Shown here: one piece after another, positions 20,221-30,137 of the stretch
Position numbering within the stretch: position 1 is the first letter of the stretch
How the letters are laid out: every line of letters starts with the position of its first letter
Source: Deltaproteobacteria bacterium
GTDB lineage: Bacteria > Desulfobacterota_D > UBA1144 > Nemesobacterales > CSP1-2
Length of the DNA: 64,000 nucleotides
Reading direction: 5' to 3'
NCBI GenBank assembly: GCA_052390235.1
Contig: JBQTHB010000002.1
Location: 300,543-364,542, forward strand
Notes under the pieces: model-generated
What the model saw: only the letters and a program-made list of their open reading frames with translations
Told to the model about the DNA's origin: nothing
The model's database searches: none
Position numbers and translations under genes: made by a program

Positions 20221-20652
20221 CTATAGCGGGGGAGAGCGGGACGGGACGGGCGAATTCCCCGATGATGCGACGATAATCTCGCTCGATGATAACGGGCGCT
20301 CATTGCCAAACGCCGGGGGGAAGGGCTTCAGAATTCCAGCGGGCGCGATAAATAAGCGGCTAATGCCGAACGCCGTGCAGTAGCACTGCTTTCGCGCCCC
20401 CTCGTCGCCGTCTTGAATGAGTAGCTCAATGAACCGAGCCGTGGAACTGCCGCCCGTGTGCGATGGGCAGGTCGCTATCGAGTATGCGGCGGAGCCGCTA
20501 ACCGAGGGCGCGTACGGCTCTACGGCATAGAGAGCCAAGTTCACAGAGACTAATAACGTGAAAACGAGCGTCGCCATACAACGGGACTTTTTGGATAAAA
20601 TCTGCTGACACATACGCCCAAAAAATTTATTCGCTAGACTGAAAATAACCAT
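20221..20652 (-). CDS. Hypothetical protein (possible signal peptide)
   Basis: 143 aa ORF; weak coding signal. Confidence 0.25.
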   Translation of the reverse strand: MVIFSLANKFFGRMCQQILSKKSRCMATLVFTLLVSVNLALYAVEPYAPSVSGSAAYSIATCPSHTGGSSTARFIELLIQDGDEGARKQCYCTAFGISRLFIAPAGILKPFPPAFGNERPLSSSEIIVASSGNSPVPSRSPPL

Positions 20653-20722
20653 GCAATTATATATACGCCCCTATTGCTGCGATTGGATGATTTCGCCCGC
20701 CCGCTTTCTAGCCCTGCTTTTT

Positions 20723-21737
20723 CTAAGCCATATCACGACTCCGGTTACCGAGAGGATAACCACTATCATTCCCATAGCCGAGACGAATATACACGAGTCC
20801 CGCAGAGTGTTCTTTCCCGAACCCGACGCCCAAAACGCTGTATTCCGGAACATAGAAAATGCCGTTCGCCGGAGGGGGCAGTCCGCGTTTTTGAGCCTCC
20901 GAGCTTGCCACATTGAGTATCTCGTCGAATGAATAACTCGCCGCAACGGCTTTGTCCGGCGGCAACATCTCGCGCTTATCGAACACCGAAGGCGTTATTA
21001 TAGGAGAAATTGCCGATACCACAGGCTCGATACCTATTTGTGCAGGTTGAACGACACTCCGCTCAGGGCAAGCATAAACAGCAGTCCTCAGAACCATAAA
21101 CCTCCGGCGCGGTGAAGGTCGAAGTTGATCCTGTACCTGCTCGCATCGGGTTTAACCTTCTATGCCGGTTTCCACCTGCGCAAAAAATGGTCTGCCGCGC
21201 TGCAGAGCTAGATAAAAGCCGACGAAGCCGTCCAGCATCCAGACAAACGCAATCCCGCCCACAAGCCACAATCCCCACGTTTCAGGCAGGCGCAGCGTCA
21301 TGTGCATCTGATACATGAAAGGCATGAAATGGGCGGCATCAACTCGAAAAGCGCCCCAGTAGCGTTTGCCGAGTATCTCTCCTGTAGAGGGATTGATGAA
21401 AACCTGATTGTAGCCAGCATCAAAGAGCGCCCCGGTTTTGCGGTTGACGCGCGGCTCTACGAACACCTCGGTGGAATGACCGGGTTCAACGCTCAGAGGC
21501 AGGAATCGCGCTCTCTCTCGCCCATCGTCCCGCTCGATAATTCGCGCCAAAGCAGTCGGCGAAAGCGCCTGTCCGCCTTCAGCCGAGTGAAACAGCCGGG
21601 GGTTCAGCCATTAGTCAATCTCGTGATAAAAAGCGATAGCGCTTCCGCTAATACCTGAGACTACGAGAAAAGCGGCGAGAGCCAGCCCGGCGTAGCGGTG
21701 GAGTTTTACGAATATTTGATGCGGCGGTTTGTTTCAT
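20723..21737 (-). pseudogene. PepSY-associated TM helix protein (PiuB-like) pseudogene with multiple frameshifts and an in-frame stop
   Basis: The minus strand reads LHRYAGLALAAFLVVSGISGSAIAFYHEID*WLNP (21700-21600), then HFMPFMYQMHMTLRL...GLWLVGGIAFVWMLDG (ORF 21152-21550) and the C-terminal part (ORF 20723-21097). These sit in different frames and a TAA interrupts the conserved EIDxWLNP motif. Confidence 0.6.
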
Positions 21738-21760
21738 GGGTGAGAATCTCTGGAAAGAGG

Positions 21761-22132
21761 CTATTTTACGACTGTCTGGGCCGTTTTCAGGTAAGCCGCT
21801 CCGTGCTTTTTAGCCGCGTTGTAATCGGCTTTTTCGGATGCGAGGTGCAGCGACTCAAGCGTATCGGCAAGGGCGGCGAACTCATTATTTATCTTCTCAA
21901 GCGCGTTTTCCAGCGTATAGGTGAGTTCATGAACCATGATAATATCGTCAGGGGCGAGCTTGCTCTTGCTCAGAATCGCGGCGAGTTTGCTGTTGCCTTC
22001 CGAGAAATTCGCCACGGCCTGCTTGAGCGTTTCGGCAGGTTTGCCCTTGAAGTGATCGGGACGTTCGCCATCTGCGGCGGAGATTGCCGTGAAAGATGCA
22101 AAGAGCATCAGCAAAGCGAATATTTTACTCAT
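21761..22132 (-). CDS. Hypothetical secreted protein
   Basis: 123 aa; signal peptide MSKIFALLMLFASFTAISA. Confidence 0.5.
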   Translation of the reverse strand: MSKIFALLMLFASFTAISAADGERPDHFKGKPAETLKQAVANFSEGNSKLAAILSKSKLAPDDIIMVHELTYTLENALEKINNEFAALADTLESLHLASEKADYNAAKKHGAAYLKTAQTVVK

Positions 22133-22396
22133 AATTATTTGTCTTCTCCTGAATGATATGGTTTAGAACTCGTCTTAAAACGTCGAATAGTCCCAATTTA
22201 CGATGCCGATTTTTCTTCTCTTATTTTTTTATACAGTCTGCTAAAATATTGAAATTGATAGCAGACTTCAAAATAAAAAATTATCATGTTATAGTTCTGT
22301 GTCAAGAAAGCGGATACAGTACGCGCCCTTGTTGCCCGTTTGAGAATTCACAAACCGTTATGAAAATCCAATATTCTAGAGGATGGTGATGATAAA

Positions 22397-23428
22397 ATGA
22401 CTGAAAAACGCCCCGCCTGCTCGTTTCTTCTACTGATAATGACCTTGATACTGTCTCTTTCCTGCTCGGAGCGCAAGCCTGATGCACAGACCGCCGAAAA
22501 ACCCCTCAGCCTGACCGTCTATTCCGGCAGGAGTGAATCTCTCGTAGAGCCGATAATAGAGCAGTTTCAGGCGGCTACCGGCATACAGACTCAGGTGAAG
22601 TATGGCGGCACTGCGGAGCTTGCCGCCGCTCTGCTGGAAGAGGGAGATAGAACTTTGGCGGATCTGTTTTTCGCGCAGGATCCGGGCGGCTTGGGCGCTG
22701 TAGAGGGGATGCTTGCCCCTCTGCCTGCGGATATATCGGACTTAGTAGCCCGGCGCTATAGGTCTCCCGAAGGGAAATGGGTTGGGCTGTCGGGGCGCGC
22801 ACGGACGGTTGTCTATAACACGAACAAGCTCGGCGAGGGCGACCTTCCGAGAGATATATGGGGTTTCACAGACCCAAAATGGAAAGGGCGCATCGGATGG
22901 TCGCCGACAAACGCATCGTTTCAGGCGATGCTGACCGCCATGATTAAGCTGTGGGGCGAGGAAAAAACGGCGGCATGGCTTGCGGGGATACAGGCTAACG
23001 AAGCTAAAATTTACCCTAATAACACTTCTATCGTCTCCGCAGTAGGCTCCGGCGAGGTTGAGGTAGGATTCGTGAATCATTACTATCTGTTCCGCTTTCT
23101 TGCCGAACAGGGCGAGAGCTTCCCGGTCAGAAACTATCACCCGGCAGACGGCGGCCCGGGAGCGATTATTTTAGTTGCCGGAGCCGGTATTCTGGAAAGC
23201 TCGCGGAACAAGGAAGCCGGAGAGAGGTTTCTAAGATTCATGCTCTCCCCCGTAGCGCAGCAGTATTTCACCGGACAGAGCTATGAATATCCAGTGATTG
23301 ATGGCGTAAACACCAACCGCCTGCTCACGCCCGTATCCGAGATAAAATCCCCTGAAATCAGCTTGAGGGATCTGTCCAATCCAAATGCCGCCGTGGAGCT
23401 TCTGAGAAAGTCTGGGATAATTCCCTAA
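22397..23428 (+). CDS. Fe(3+) ABC transporter substrate-binding protein (FbpA-like)
   Basis: 343 aa; lipoprotein/signal N-terminus; followed by two-domain permease and ATPase genes. Confidence 0.75.
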   Translation: MTEKRPACSFLLLIMTLILSLSCSERKPDAQTAEKPLSLTVYSGRSESLVEPIIEQFQAATGIQTQVKYGGTAELAAALLEEGDRTLADLFFAQDPGGLGAVEGMLAPLPADISDLVARRYRSPEGKWVGLSGRARTVVYNTNKLGEGDLPRDIWGFTDPKWKGRIGWSPTNASFQAMLTAMIKLWGEEKTAAWLAGIQANEAKIYPNNTSIVSAVGSGEVEVGFVNHYYLFRFLAEQGESFPVRNYHPADGGPGAIILVAGAGILESSRNKEAGERFLRFMLSPVAQQYFTGQSYEYPVIDGVNTNRLLTPVSEIKSPEISLRDLSNPNAAVELLRKSGIIP

Positions 23429-23439
23429 GACGCGTTGAA

Positions 23440-23830
23440 AATGGTTCGACTCCGCTCACTATCAAGAGGAGAAAACCAACAAAACCCTCCTTCATCCTCA
23501 GCGGAGTCGAAGGGTGAGTAGCTGGGCTAATATCACTATAAACTACGTCGAATGCGGGGGTAGTTCGGGCGGGGTTTATCCTGAGCTTGTCTAAGGGTGA
23601 GGGGAGTCATCGGGCGGTGAATACTGGATTCCCGCTCAGTTCTGCGGGAATGACAGCGACTTTTACATAACTAGCGGCATTAGCGCGTAACGTGAGCGCG
23701 GGAGAGATAGAGATAATATTTCCGCCGCTTCCCTTCACCCTGAGCGGAGTCGAAGGATGAGTAGCTGGGCTAATATCACTATAAAATATGTCGAATGCGG
23801 GGGCGTACATCAATTGCGCCGCTCCTCCAT
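23440..23830. repeat. Repeat cluster: two about 95%-identical copies of a ~60-bp element (cctgagcggagtcgaagg(g/a)tgagtagctgggctaatatcactataaa) plus a MITE-like element
   Basis: 23488-23545 and 23742-23800 are near-identical. Inverted pair ttcgactccgctca (23449) / tgagcggagtcgaa (23492). ggattcccgctcagttctgcgggaatgaca at 23619-23650. Confidence 0.8.
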
Positions 23831-23845
23831 TATAGTGTTCAGTAA

Positions 23846-25408
23846 ATGAAAAGTTTCTTCTTCGCATCATCGGCAATTGTCGCCTTTATGACGCTACTTC
23901 CGGCGGCTTATCTGCTGTTTCGCGCGGCAGACGGCGGCGGCGAGGCTCTCGCCCTCCTTTTTCGATGGAGAACCTGGGAGATTATCCAAAGGTCGCTTGT
24001 GCTGACTGTAGCGGTAACCTTTTTCTCCATGCTGATTTCCGTGCCTTTGGCATGGCTTCTCGTCCGCACCGACCTGCCAATGAAACGGATGTGGACGGCG
24101 CTGACGACAGTTCCGTTGGTTGTCCCGTCCTATGTCGGAGGGTTCGTACTGGTTGCCGCGCTCGGTCCTAAGGGGATGCTGCAGCAGTTTCTAGCCCCGC
24201 TTGGCGTGGAGAGACTGCCGGAGATATACGGCCTGGCAGGAGCCGCCCTCACGCTGACGCTTCTTAGGTTTCCATTTATGCTCATTCCCATCCGCGCATC
24301 GTTGTCGAACCTCGACCCATCGCTGGAAGAAAGCTCTCAGAGCCTGGGAATGAGACGCATCAAGACGTTTATCAGAGTGGTCATGCCTCAGCTAAAACCC
24401 GCCGTTGCCTCCGGCTGTTTGTTCACCGCGCTTGCCGCGCTGACGGACTTCGGCGCGGTATCGCTCCTGCGCTATGAAACATTCACTTGGGCTATATATC
24501 TGCAGTATCAATCTGCGTTTGATAGAACCGGCGCGGCGGCGCTGTCGGCGGCGCTAATAGTGATTGGCTCGATATTCCTGCTTCTCGAGGGCAGAACGAG
24601 AAAGTCGGCGGCGCACTACGGGGCGAATCACGGCAGAAGGGCGCCATTGAGTCCCGTGAGGCTGGGCGGGTGGAGGATTCCTGCGCTTCTGTTCTGCGGC
24701 GCTCTCGCGTTTGCGAGTCTCGTTATGCCTGCGTGTATATTGATTTATTGGCTACTCAGAGGGCTGGCTTCGGGAGAATATTTCCCCGGCATTTGGGCGG
24801 ATACGGCGAATTCCCTGCTCATTGCCTCAGCCGCCGCCTTTATAACGCTCATCGCGGCGTTTCCCATTGCCTATATCTCCTGCCGCTATTCGGGACGCAT
24901 GGTTACATTAATGGAGAGGGCGGCTTATATCGGATTCGCTCTGCCGGGAATAGTGGTTGCGCTGGCGCTGGTGTTCTTTGGCGTGCGTTATCTGACCCCG
25001 CTCTATCAGACTCACGCGCTCCTCATCGCCGCTTATGTCATTCTGTTCATTCCGGCGGCGGCGGGGGCGCTTCGGGCGGTACTGCTTCAGATGAACACCA
25101 GACTAGAAGAGGCGGCTTACAGCCTCGGGCGGAGTAAATTCGCCGCTTTGACGAGAGTTACCCTGCCATTGACGAGGCCGGGAATCGCTGGAGGATGGGC
25201 TATGGTGTTTCTGCTCACGATGAGAGAGCTTCCCGCGACTTTGATTCTGTCCCCTATAGGGTTCGGCACTCTCGCCGCATCTATCTGGTCTTCCGCTTCC
25301 GAGGCGTTTTTCGCCAGGTCGGCGGCCTATTCGCTGATTTTAATCGCCGCCGCATCCATTCCTTCGATTTTCATAGCTATAGCCGAGAGGAGGCAGAGCG
25401 GCGCATGA
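23846..25408 (+). CDS. Fe(3+) ABC transporter permease (fused two-domain, FbpB-like)
   Basis: 520 aa; about 12 TM segments; two EAA-like loops. Confidence 0.8.
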   Translation: MKSFFFASSAIVAFMTLLPAAYLLFRAADGGGEALALLFRWRTWEIIQRSLVLTVAVTFFSMLISVPLAWLLVRTDLPMKRMWTALTTVPLVVPSYVGGFVLVAALGPKGMLQQFLAPLGVERLPEIYGLAGAALTLTLLRFPFMLIPIRASLSNLDPSLEESSQSLGMRRIKTFIRVVMPQLKPAVASGCLFTALAALTDFGAVSLLRYETFTWAIYLQYQSAFDRTGAAALSAALIVIGSIFLLLEGRTRKSAAHYGANHGRRAPLSPVRLGGWRIPALLFCGALAFASLVMPACILIYWLLRGLASGEYFPGIWADTANSLLIASAAAFITLIAAFPIAYISCRYSGRMVTLMERAAYIGFALPGIVVALALVFFGVRYLTPLYQTHALLIAAYVILFIPAAAGALRAVLLQMNTRLEEAAYSLGRSKFAALTRVTLPLTRPGIAGGWAMVFLLTMRELPATLILSPIGFGTLAASIWSSASEAFFARSAAYSLILIAAASIPSIFIAIAERRQSGA

Positions 25409-26472
25409 GCTTGGCGCTTCGGTGCATAGACCTATCAAAGCACTTCGGCGGCGTCCCCGCAGTGCAGAGCGTATCCCTATCGCTCGAATCCGGTCAAATC
25501 CTCTGCCTGCTCGGCTCAAGCGGATGCGGGAAAACCACGACTCTTAGGCTCATAGCCGGATTTGAACAGCCCTCCGGCGGCTCTATAGAAATAGCCGGAG
25601 CGATTGTGTCCGATGCCCAGACACTCATCCCCCCCGAAAAGAGAAGGGTCGGGATGGTGTTTCAGGACTACGCACTTTTTCCGCATCTGACCGTAGCCGA
25701 AAACATCGCTTTCGGCATGGATAAGGCGGCGAGAAAATCCGGGCGGGTAGAGGAACTGCTGTCTCTCGTGGGCATAAAGGGGTTCGGTGCGCGGATGCCG
25801 CACAGACTCTCCGGCGGCGAGCAGCAGAGGGTCGCCATAGCGCGGGCGCTTGGGGCAAAACCAGAGCTGATGCTCCTCGACGAGCCGTTTTCTAATCTCG
25901 ACCCGACGCTTCGGCTTCGGATACGCGAAGAGATAAAAACCCTCCTAAAAAGCTCTGGAGCCGCCGTAATCTTCGTTACCCATGACCAGGAAGAGGCGTT
26001 TTTCATGGGCGACCTCGTCGGAGTCATGAACCGCGGACGGCTTGAGCAGATTGACACTCCGTACCGAATTTACCACAGCCCCGCATCGCGCTACGTCGCA
26101 GAATTCGTGGGAACGGCGGATTTCCTGCCCGTCTGCATCGCTGAAGGCGGCGTTTCCACCGACTTGGGGTTTCTAGGGCGCGCAGAAAAACCGCAAGGGG
26201 CGATGATAGACAATATTCGCCTCGACGATATTCGCCTCATGGTGCGCCCCGACGACATCTCTATGACGCCGTCGGAAAAAGGGCAGGGCGTTGTCGTTTC
26301 CAGAGTGTTTCAAGGGGTTACATATCTATACCGAGTCGTTCTCGATTCCGGCGACACTGTCCACTCGATGCTCCTGCACAGCTCTGACGTCCATCCCGGC
26401 ACACGAGTCCATCTCGGCTTTGAGCCTCACTACGTTCCGGTTTACTTCGCAGACGGCTACAGAGTGGGGTGA
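25405..26472 (+). CDS. ABC transporter ATP-binding protein (FbpC-like)
   Basis: Start ATG at 25405 overlaps the permease stop (ATGA). Walker A GSSGCGKTT; signature LSGGEQQRVAIARAL; Walker B LLLDEP. Confidence 0.9.
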   Translation: MSLALRCIDLSKHFGGVPAVQSVSLSLESGQILCLLGSSGCGKTTTLRLIAGFEQPSGGSIEIAGAIVSDAQTLIPPEKRRVGMVFQDYALFPHLTVAENIAFGMDKAARKSGRVEELLSLVGIKGFGARMPHRLSGGEQQRVAIARALGAKPELMLLDEPFSNLDPTLRLRIREEIKTLLKSSGAAVIFVTHDQEEAFFMGDLVGVMNRGRLEQIDTPYRIYHSPASRYVAEFVGTADFLPVCIAEGGVSTDLGFLGRAEKPQGAMIDNIRLDDIRLMVRPDDISMTPSEKGQGVVVSRVFQGVTYLYRVVLDSGDTVHSMLLHSSDVHPGTRVHLGFEPHYVPVYFADGYRVG

Positions 26473-26509
26473 TTGCGGCAACTGTGGAATCCCCCACTCC
26501 CGCTCCCTT

Positions 26510-26690
26510 TGACTCTGCTCAGGATGAAGATGGAATGGATTCCCGCTCTGAGGACTGCGGGAATGACAAACAGGCTCACTACCATTCCAAGCCTCATTCT
26601 TGTCGTTTCGAGCGATAGCGAGAAATCCTGAATTAGATTCCTCATTCCTGTCATTCTCACGAAAGTGGGAATCCATAGTTTCGACTCCTC
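26510..26690. repeat. Composite repeat (family-B head, MITE-like ggattcccgctctgaggactgcgggaatgacaaa, tgtcattctcacgaaagtgggaatcc)
   Basis: Near-identical to 42300-42480. Confidence 0.8.
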
Positions 26691-26974
26691 ATATCTCTAT
26701 CCTCCTTTTTTTGAACTGCTCGAACCATGCAGATACAAAGCTGGAATTGCCAGAGCGGGGCAATCCATCATATATTAAAAATATAAATCAATATCAATTT
26801 GATTCTATCGGAATGAGAGGGAATATCAAGCGGAGATTCATAGAAAATTCGGATGTAAATAGTGGGGCTTATGGCGTATTTCGATACGGTTGCCGCGCCA
26901 GCGACGGTTTGCCAGCCGCCGCGAGAAGGGGCTAATTTTGTGAACTGCTATAATTATTTCTCTTCTTCCCAGCG

Positions 26975-27120
26975 CCTCTGCCCCGCCTAAGCCCCGTGTG
27001 CCAGGCGACGACCCCGACCGAGCGCCCCGAGACTTACCCATGCAACGGCGAGGTGGTCTCCGAGCAGGGCGGAGAGAAGCCCGGTCAAGCTGACTATTGC
27101 AATAATCATCGGGGCGCAAA
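26975..27120. repeat. Direct-repeat copy 1 (about 150 bp, about 85% identical to 28243-28400), containing the 3' part of a small membrane protein gene
   Basis: cgagcagggcggagagaagcccggtcaagctgactattgcaataatcatcggggcgc is identical in both copies. Confidence 0.8.
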
Positions 27121-27125
27121 GCGGG

Positions 27126-27149
27126 TTCGGCTTGAGTGGATTGTTAGGC
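27126..27149. repeat. Orphan attC-like half site (L'-R' with GTTAGGC core)
   Basis: cggcttgagtggattGTTAGGC matches cggcttgaatgaattGTTAGGC of the attC at 35643-35664 at 19/21 positions. Confidence 0.45.
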
Positions 27150-27315
27150 GCCGCTGCCATGAGACGCTGGCTTAGGTGCGAGAGGCAGGCAGGCCGCCAG
27201 AGCAAAGCACAACGCCGCCGCAACAAGCAATGCGACGCCAGCGAAGAAACCCGCGAACGAAAAAACCAGAACGGCATCTGCTGCAACCACTAGTTCGGCG
27301 CCATTGCCGGCGCGA

Positions 27316-27711
27316 CTAGAACGCCGCCGCCCCGGACTCCGCCACCGCGTGGTCTTGCTCGCCTGAGCCACCGCTGACCCCGACAGCCCCAATGACCTTG
27401 CCGTCGCGCTTCAACGGAATGCCGCCGGCAAATATCATGATTCGTCCGCCATTTGACGCGTGGATCCCAAAGAATTGCCCTCCGGATTGGCTGTGCCCGG
27501 CCAGATCCTTGGTCGCGATGTCGAAGGCTCGCGATGTGTACGCCTTGTTGATGGAGATGTCAATACTCCCGATCCACGCCCCATCCATTCGCGCGTGCGC
27601 GACGAGATTGCCACCTGCGTCGGCCACAGCGATGTTCATCGGCTGACCGATCTCACCGGCTTTCGCTTCAGCGGCCGAGATTACGCGCCGCGCGTCTCTG
27701 AGTGTCATCAT
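27316..27711 (-). CDS. GlcG/HbpS-like heme-binding protein (DUF336)
   Basis: Start taken at MMTLRDARRVISAAEAKAGEIGQPMNIAVADAGGNLVAHARMDGA; typical GlcG-family sequence. Confidence 0.7.
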   Translation of the reverse strand: MMTLRDARRVISAAEAKAGEIGQPMNIAVADAGGNLVAHARMDGAWIGSIDISINKAYTSRAFDIATKDLAGHSQSGGQFFGIHASNGGRIMIFAGGIPLKRDGKVIGAVGVSGGSGEQDHAVAESGAAAF

Positions 27712-27852
27712 AGCTCCTCCGTTCCTGACCTGATTGCGCTCGACTGGAGCGATGCGGCAAAGTATGCCGAAGTAGCGCCGACTCCGCAAGCGTTCTGACG
27801 CGAGACTGTGGCGAAGGCGCCGAACGCCCAAGCTCAGCCTTGTTGGTATTGC

Positions 27853-28155
27853 TTACCCAGGCATCTTAGCCGCGAGAACGTCAACTTTCTCGATGGACGG
27901 CGGTGTGGAGAATAACTCGCCCGCCTTTGCCATAAGCGCCGCAGCGACCTTGCCAGAGAGGTGAGCTTCCCGGCCCGCTTCGTTGGGAAAGGCATCGAAT
28001 ATGCCAAAGGTGCTTGGACCGAGGCGGATGCCGAACCAAGCAGTGGTGGCTGGCTCCTCCATTACGAGAGGGAGCCCACTAAGTAGAAAACTCTCGACCT
28101 CCTGCTCCTTACCGGGTTTTGCCTCTAGACGAACAAACAACGCTACTTTCACCAT
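27853..28155 (-). CDS. Antibiotic biosynthesis monooxygenase (ABM) domain protein
   Basis: 100 aa; MVKVALFVRLEAKPGKEQEVESFL... shows the ABM ferredoxin-like fold signature. Confidence 0.65.
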   Translation of the reverse strand: MVKVALFVRLEAKPGKEQEVESFLLSGLPLVMEEPATTAWFGIRLGPSTFGIFDAFPNEAGREAHLSGKVAAALMAKAGELFSTPPSIEKVDVLAAKMPG

Positions 28156-28242
28156 GACGTGCCTCCTGTGGTTGCGACGATAAAACGATATATCAAACGA
28201 TTTCCAGTAAGCCTAACACAACATCAAGCCTAACACAACATC

Positions 28243-28443
28243 TCAGCCTCTGCCCCGCCTAAGCGCCGCGTGCCAGGCGGCGACCCCGACCGGCGCGCCG
28301 AGAGTTGCCCATGAAACGGCGTCCCACAGGTGGTCTCCGAGCAGGGCGGAGAGAAGCCCGGTCAAGCTGACTATTGCAATAATCATCGGGGCGCGGAACA
28401 CGGCGAGAAGGCTTGTCTTTGCCGGTGAATTATATTTTTTCAT
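28243..28443 (-). CDS. Small hydrophobic membrane protein; its 3' half is duplicated at 26987-27120
   Basis: 66 aa; ...APMIIAIVSLTGLLSALLGDHL...; 4-nt overlap with the upstream PepSY gene. Confidence 0.45.
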   Translation of the reverse strand: MKKYNSPAKTSLLAVFRAPMIIAIVSLTGLLSALLGDHLWDAVSWATLGAPVGVAAWHAALRRGRG

Positions 28444-29603
28444 CCGACCTCGCCCTCCGCCGGTCTGCGCTCCTGCCTCTCAAGCTCTTCGATTCGCGCC
28501 TCAACGGGCGATTTGCGCCTCGCGAGCCAGAGATATAAGCCGCTTCCCAGCACGATAATTGTGATAACATCGAGCGCCGTCCAGATGATTTTCATCGGCA
28601 TCCCGCCGTAATCCCCAAAGTGAAGCGGCTGCGAGATGAGAAGCGCCGTTAGATACCACGGCAACTCGCCACTCACTGCGACATCTCCGTTTCGGGCATC
28701 GAGGAGGACGGGCTTCAGCAATTTAGAGGTCAAAGGCGTATCGCCCTTCATGAAAGCGGCAAAATGATGGGGGCTTGCAAAATTGGTTTGGGGGAAAGCG
28801 ATGAACGCTATGTCCATATCCGGCTCGACTGTTTTCAGAGCGTCTATACCCTTTTGAATCCGGTACTCGCCCGGGAAGATGGGCGGCAAATCTCTGTAAG
28901 GCGCGGTCATCGCGGCAAGCTCAGTTGACTGCCAATAAGCCAAAAGCGGCGCGGCTAGGGTGTTAATCACTCCCGTAAACCCGACTACCAGCGCCCACGC
29001 AAGCGTAACTATGCCGAGCAGATTATGTAAATCCAGCCACTTAGTGCGGGATGAAATCTCGCCTCGCACCGCCCCGAAGGGCAGTCTCTTCATAAATGGT
29101 CCATAGACAACCGCTCCCGAAACCAGCGATACCACCAGAAGCAGTCCCATGAATCCCAAGAACAGCGCCCCCGGAAGTCCAACGAAAAGGTCTGTGTGAA
29201 ACTCAAACATATAGTACATAAACCCCTGCCTGAGCGGGTACTCAAGCAGTAATTCGCCGGTGCGAATGTCGTAGGTGTAGAAAGCCGTTGATTCTTCGGC
29301 GTCGGGGGTTTTAGCCATAGTCAGCCCCCAAATGTCCGGCTCGTCCTCTTCCTGAAAGACAAACTGCACGGCTTCGCCCGGGCGTCTCGAGCGCGCGTCG
29401 TCAACTATTCGGTCGAGGCTCAGGTGAGGAGCGCCTTCGGGCAGGGCGGGGGCTTCGGGGGCATTGCCGAGCAGATGGTCAATTTCATGATGAAAAATCA
29501 GCGGCAGTCCCGTCAAACACAGAAGAAGCATAAACACCGTGCAGACGAGGCTTGTCCACTTGTGAACCAGATACCATGATTTGATTGTTCTAGCCGTGAG
29601 CAT
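28440..29603 (-). CDS. PepSY-associated TM helix protein (PiuB-like), intact
   Basis: Start at MLTARTIKSWYLVHKWTSL with a GGAGAT RBS; HFGDYGGMPMKIIWTALD C-terminal motif. The ORF track's longer 565-aa version reads through the upstream pseudogene. Confidence 0.75.
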   Translation of the reverse strand: MLTARTIKSWYLVHKWTSLVCTVFMLLLCLTGLPLIFHHEIDHLLGNAPEAPALPEGAPHLSLDRIVDDARSRRPGEAVQFVFQEEDEPDIWGLTMAKTPDAEESTAFYTYDIRTGELLLEYPLRQGFMYYMFEFHTDLFVGLPGALFLGFMGLLLVVSLVSGAVVYGPFMKRLPFGAVRGEISSRTKWLDLHNLLGIVTLAWALVVGFTGVINTLAAPLLAYWQSTELAAMTAPYRDLPPIFPGEYRIQKGIDALKTVEPDMDIAFIAFPQTNFASPHHFAAFMKGDTPLTSKLLKPVLLDARNGDVAVSGELPWYLTALLISQPLHFGDYGGMPMKIIWTALDVITIIVLGSGLYLWLARRKSPVEARIEELERQERRPAEGEVG

Positions 29604-29620
29604 GGGGATATCTCCTTTTT

Positions 29621-30137
29621 TTAAAACTCCACCCTGAGCGTCCCAATCACCGCCCGAGCCGCCGCGCGTTCTACTTCTGTTGTGCCTCCTCCGATGAAAA
29701 AGAATTCCTCGTCGAATAGGTTTTTCACGTTCACCTGAAGCGAGATACGTTCGCGCCTGTAAAAGAGCAGCGCGTCGGTCTGAACCCAGCCGTCCGCATT
29801 GCTGGTGTTGGCTTTGGACAACCGCTTCCGCAGTCTCGTCAAAGTCGGTCAGGCACATCTGCACGCTGTACCCTGGACTGATCAACTCTTCTTCGGAGGA
29901 CTTGAGACCGGCGAGTACCTTCGTAGCGTCCATGCCGGGCGCATAGCCGGGTTGCGAGAAATCGATCAATGTTGGATCCAGCCCGATCACGAACACACTC
30001 TTCTCATTTGGCACAGCTGCCCCCATCTGGTTGGAGTTAACGTCAAGACCTACCTTCGGCCCTATGAAGGTCGCGGCACGGATCGTCCTTCGTCTCTGGT
30101 GCTCCTCGATATCCGCCCAACGGGCTGGGTGGGGCAT
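29621..30137 (-). pseudogene. TonB-dependent receptor 3' remnant (5' part missing, frameshifted)
   Basis: C-terminus ...FFFIGGGTTEVERAAARAVIGTLRVEF ends with the terminal aromatic residue typical of TonB-dependent receptors. Upstream barrel-like sequence is in another frame. The gene is cut off at the attC at about 30115-30185. Confidence 0.5.

Noticed and set aside
21112-21658. Plus-strand ORFs (68 and 118 aa) at 21.1-21.7 kb
   Set aside because: They are antisense to the PepSY-TM pseudogene fragments, whose conserved motifs are clear on the minus strand.
25195-25404. Upstream extension of the ABC ATPase ORF (ORF track start 25195)
   Set aside because: The extension lies inside the permease gene. 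The true start is the ATG at 25405 (MSLALRCIDL), overlapping the permease stop.
29604-30137. N-terminal 178 aa of the 565-aa ORF called as part of the PepSY-TM protein
   Set aside because: This part reads through the TonB-receptor remnant and the attC. A good RBS and start (MLTARTIK) exist at 29603, so the real PepSY gene is shorter.
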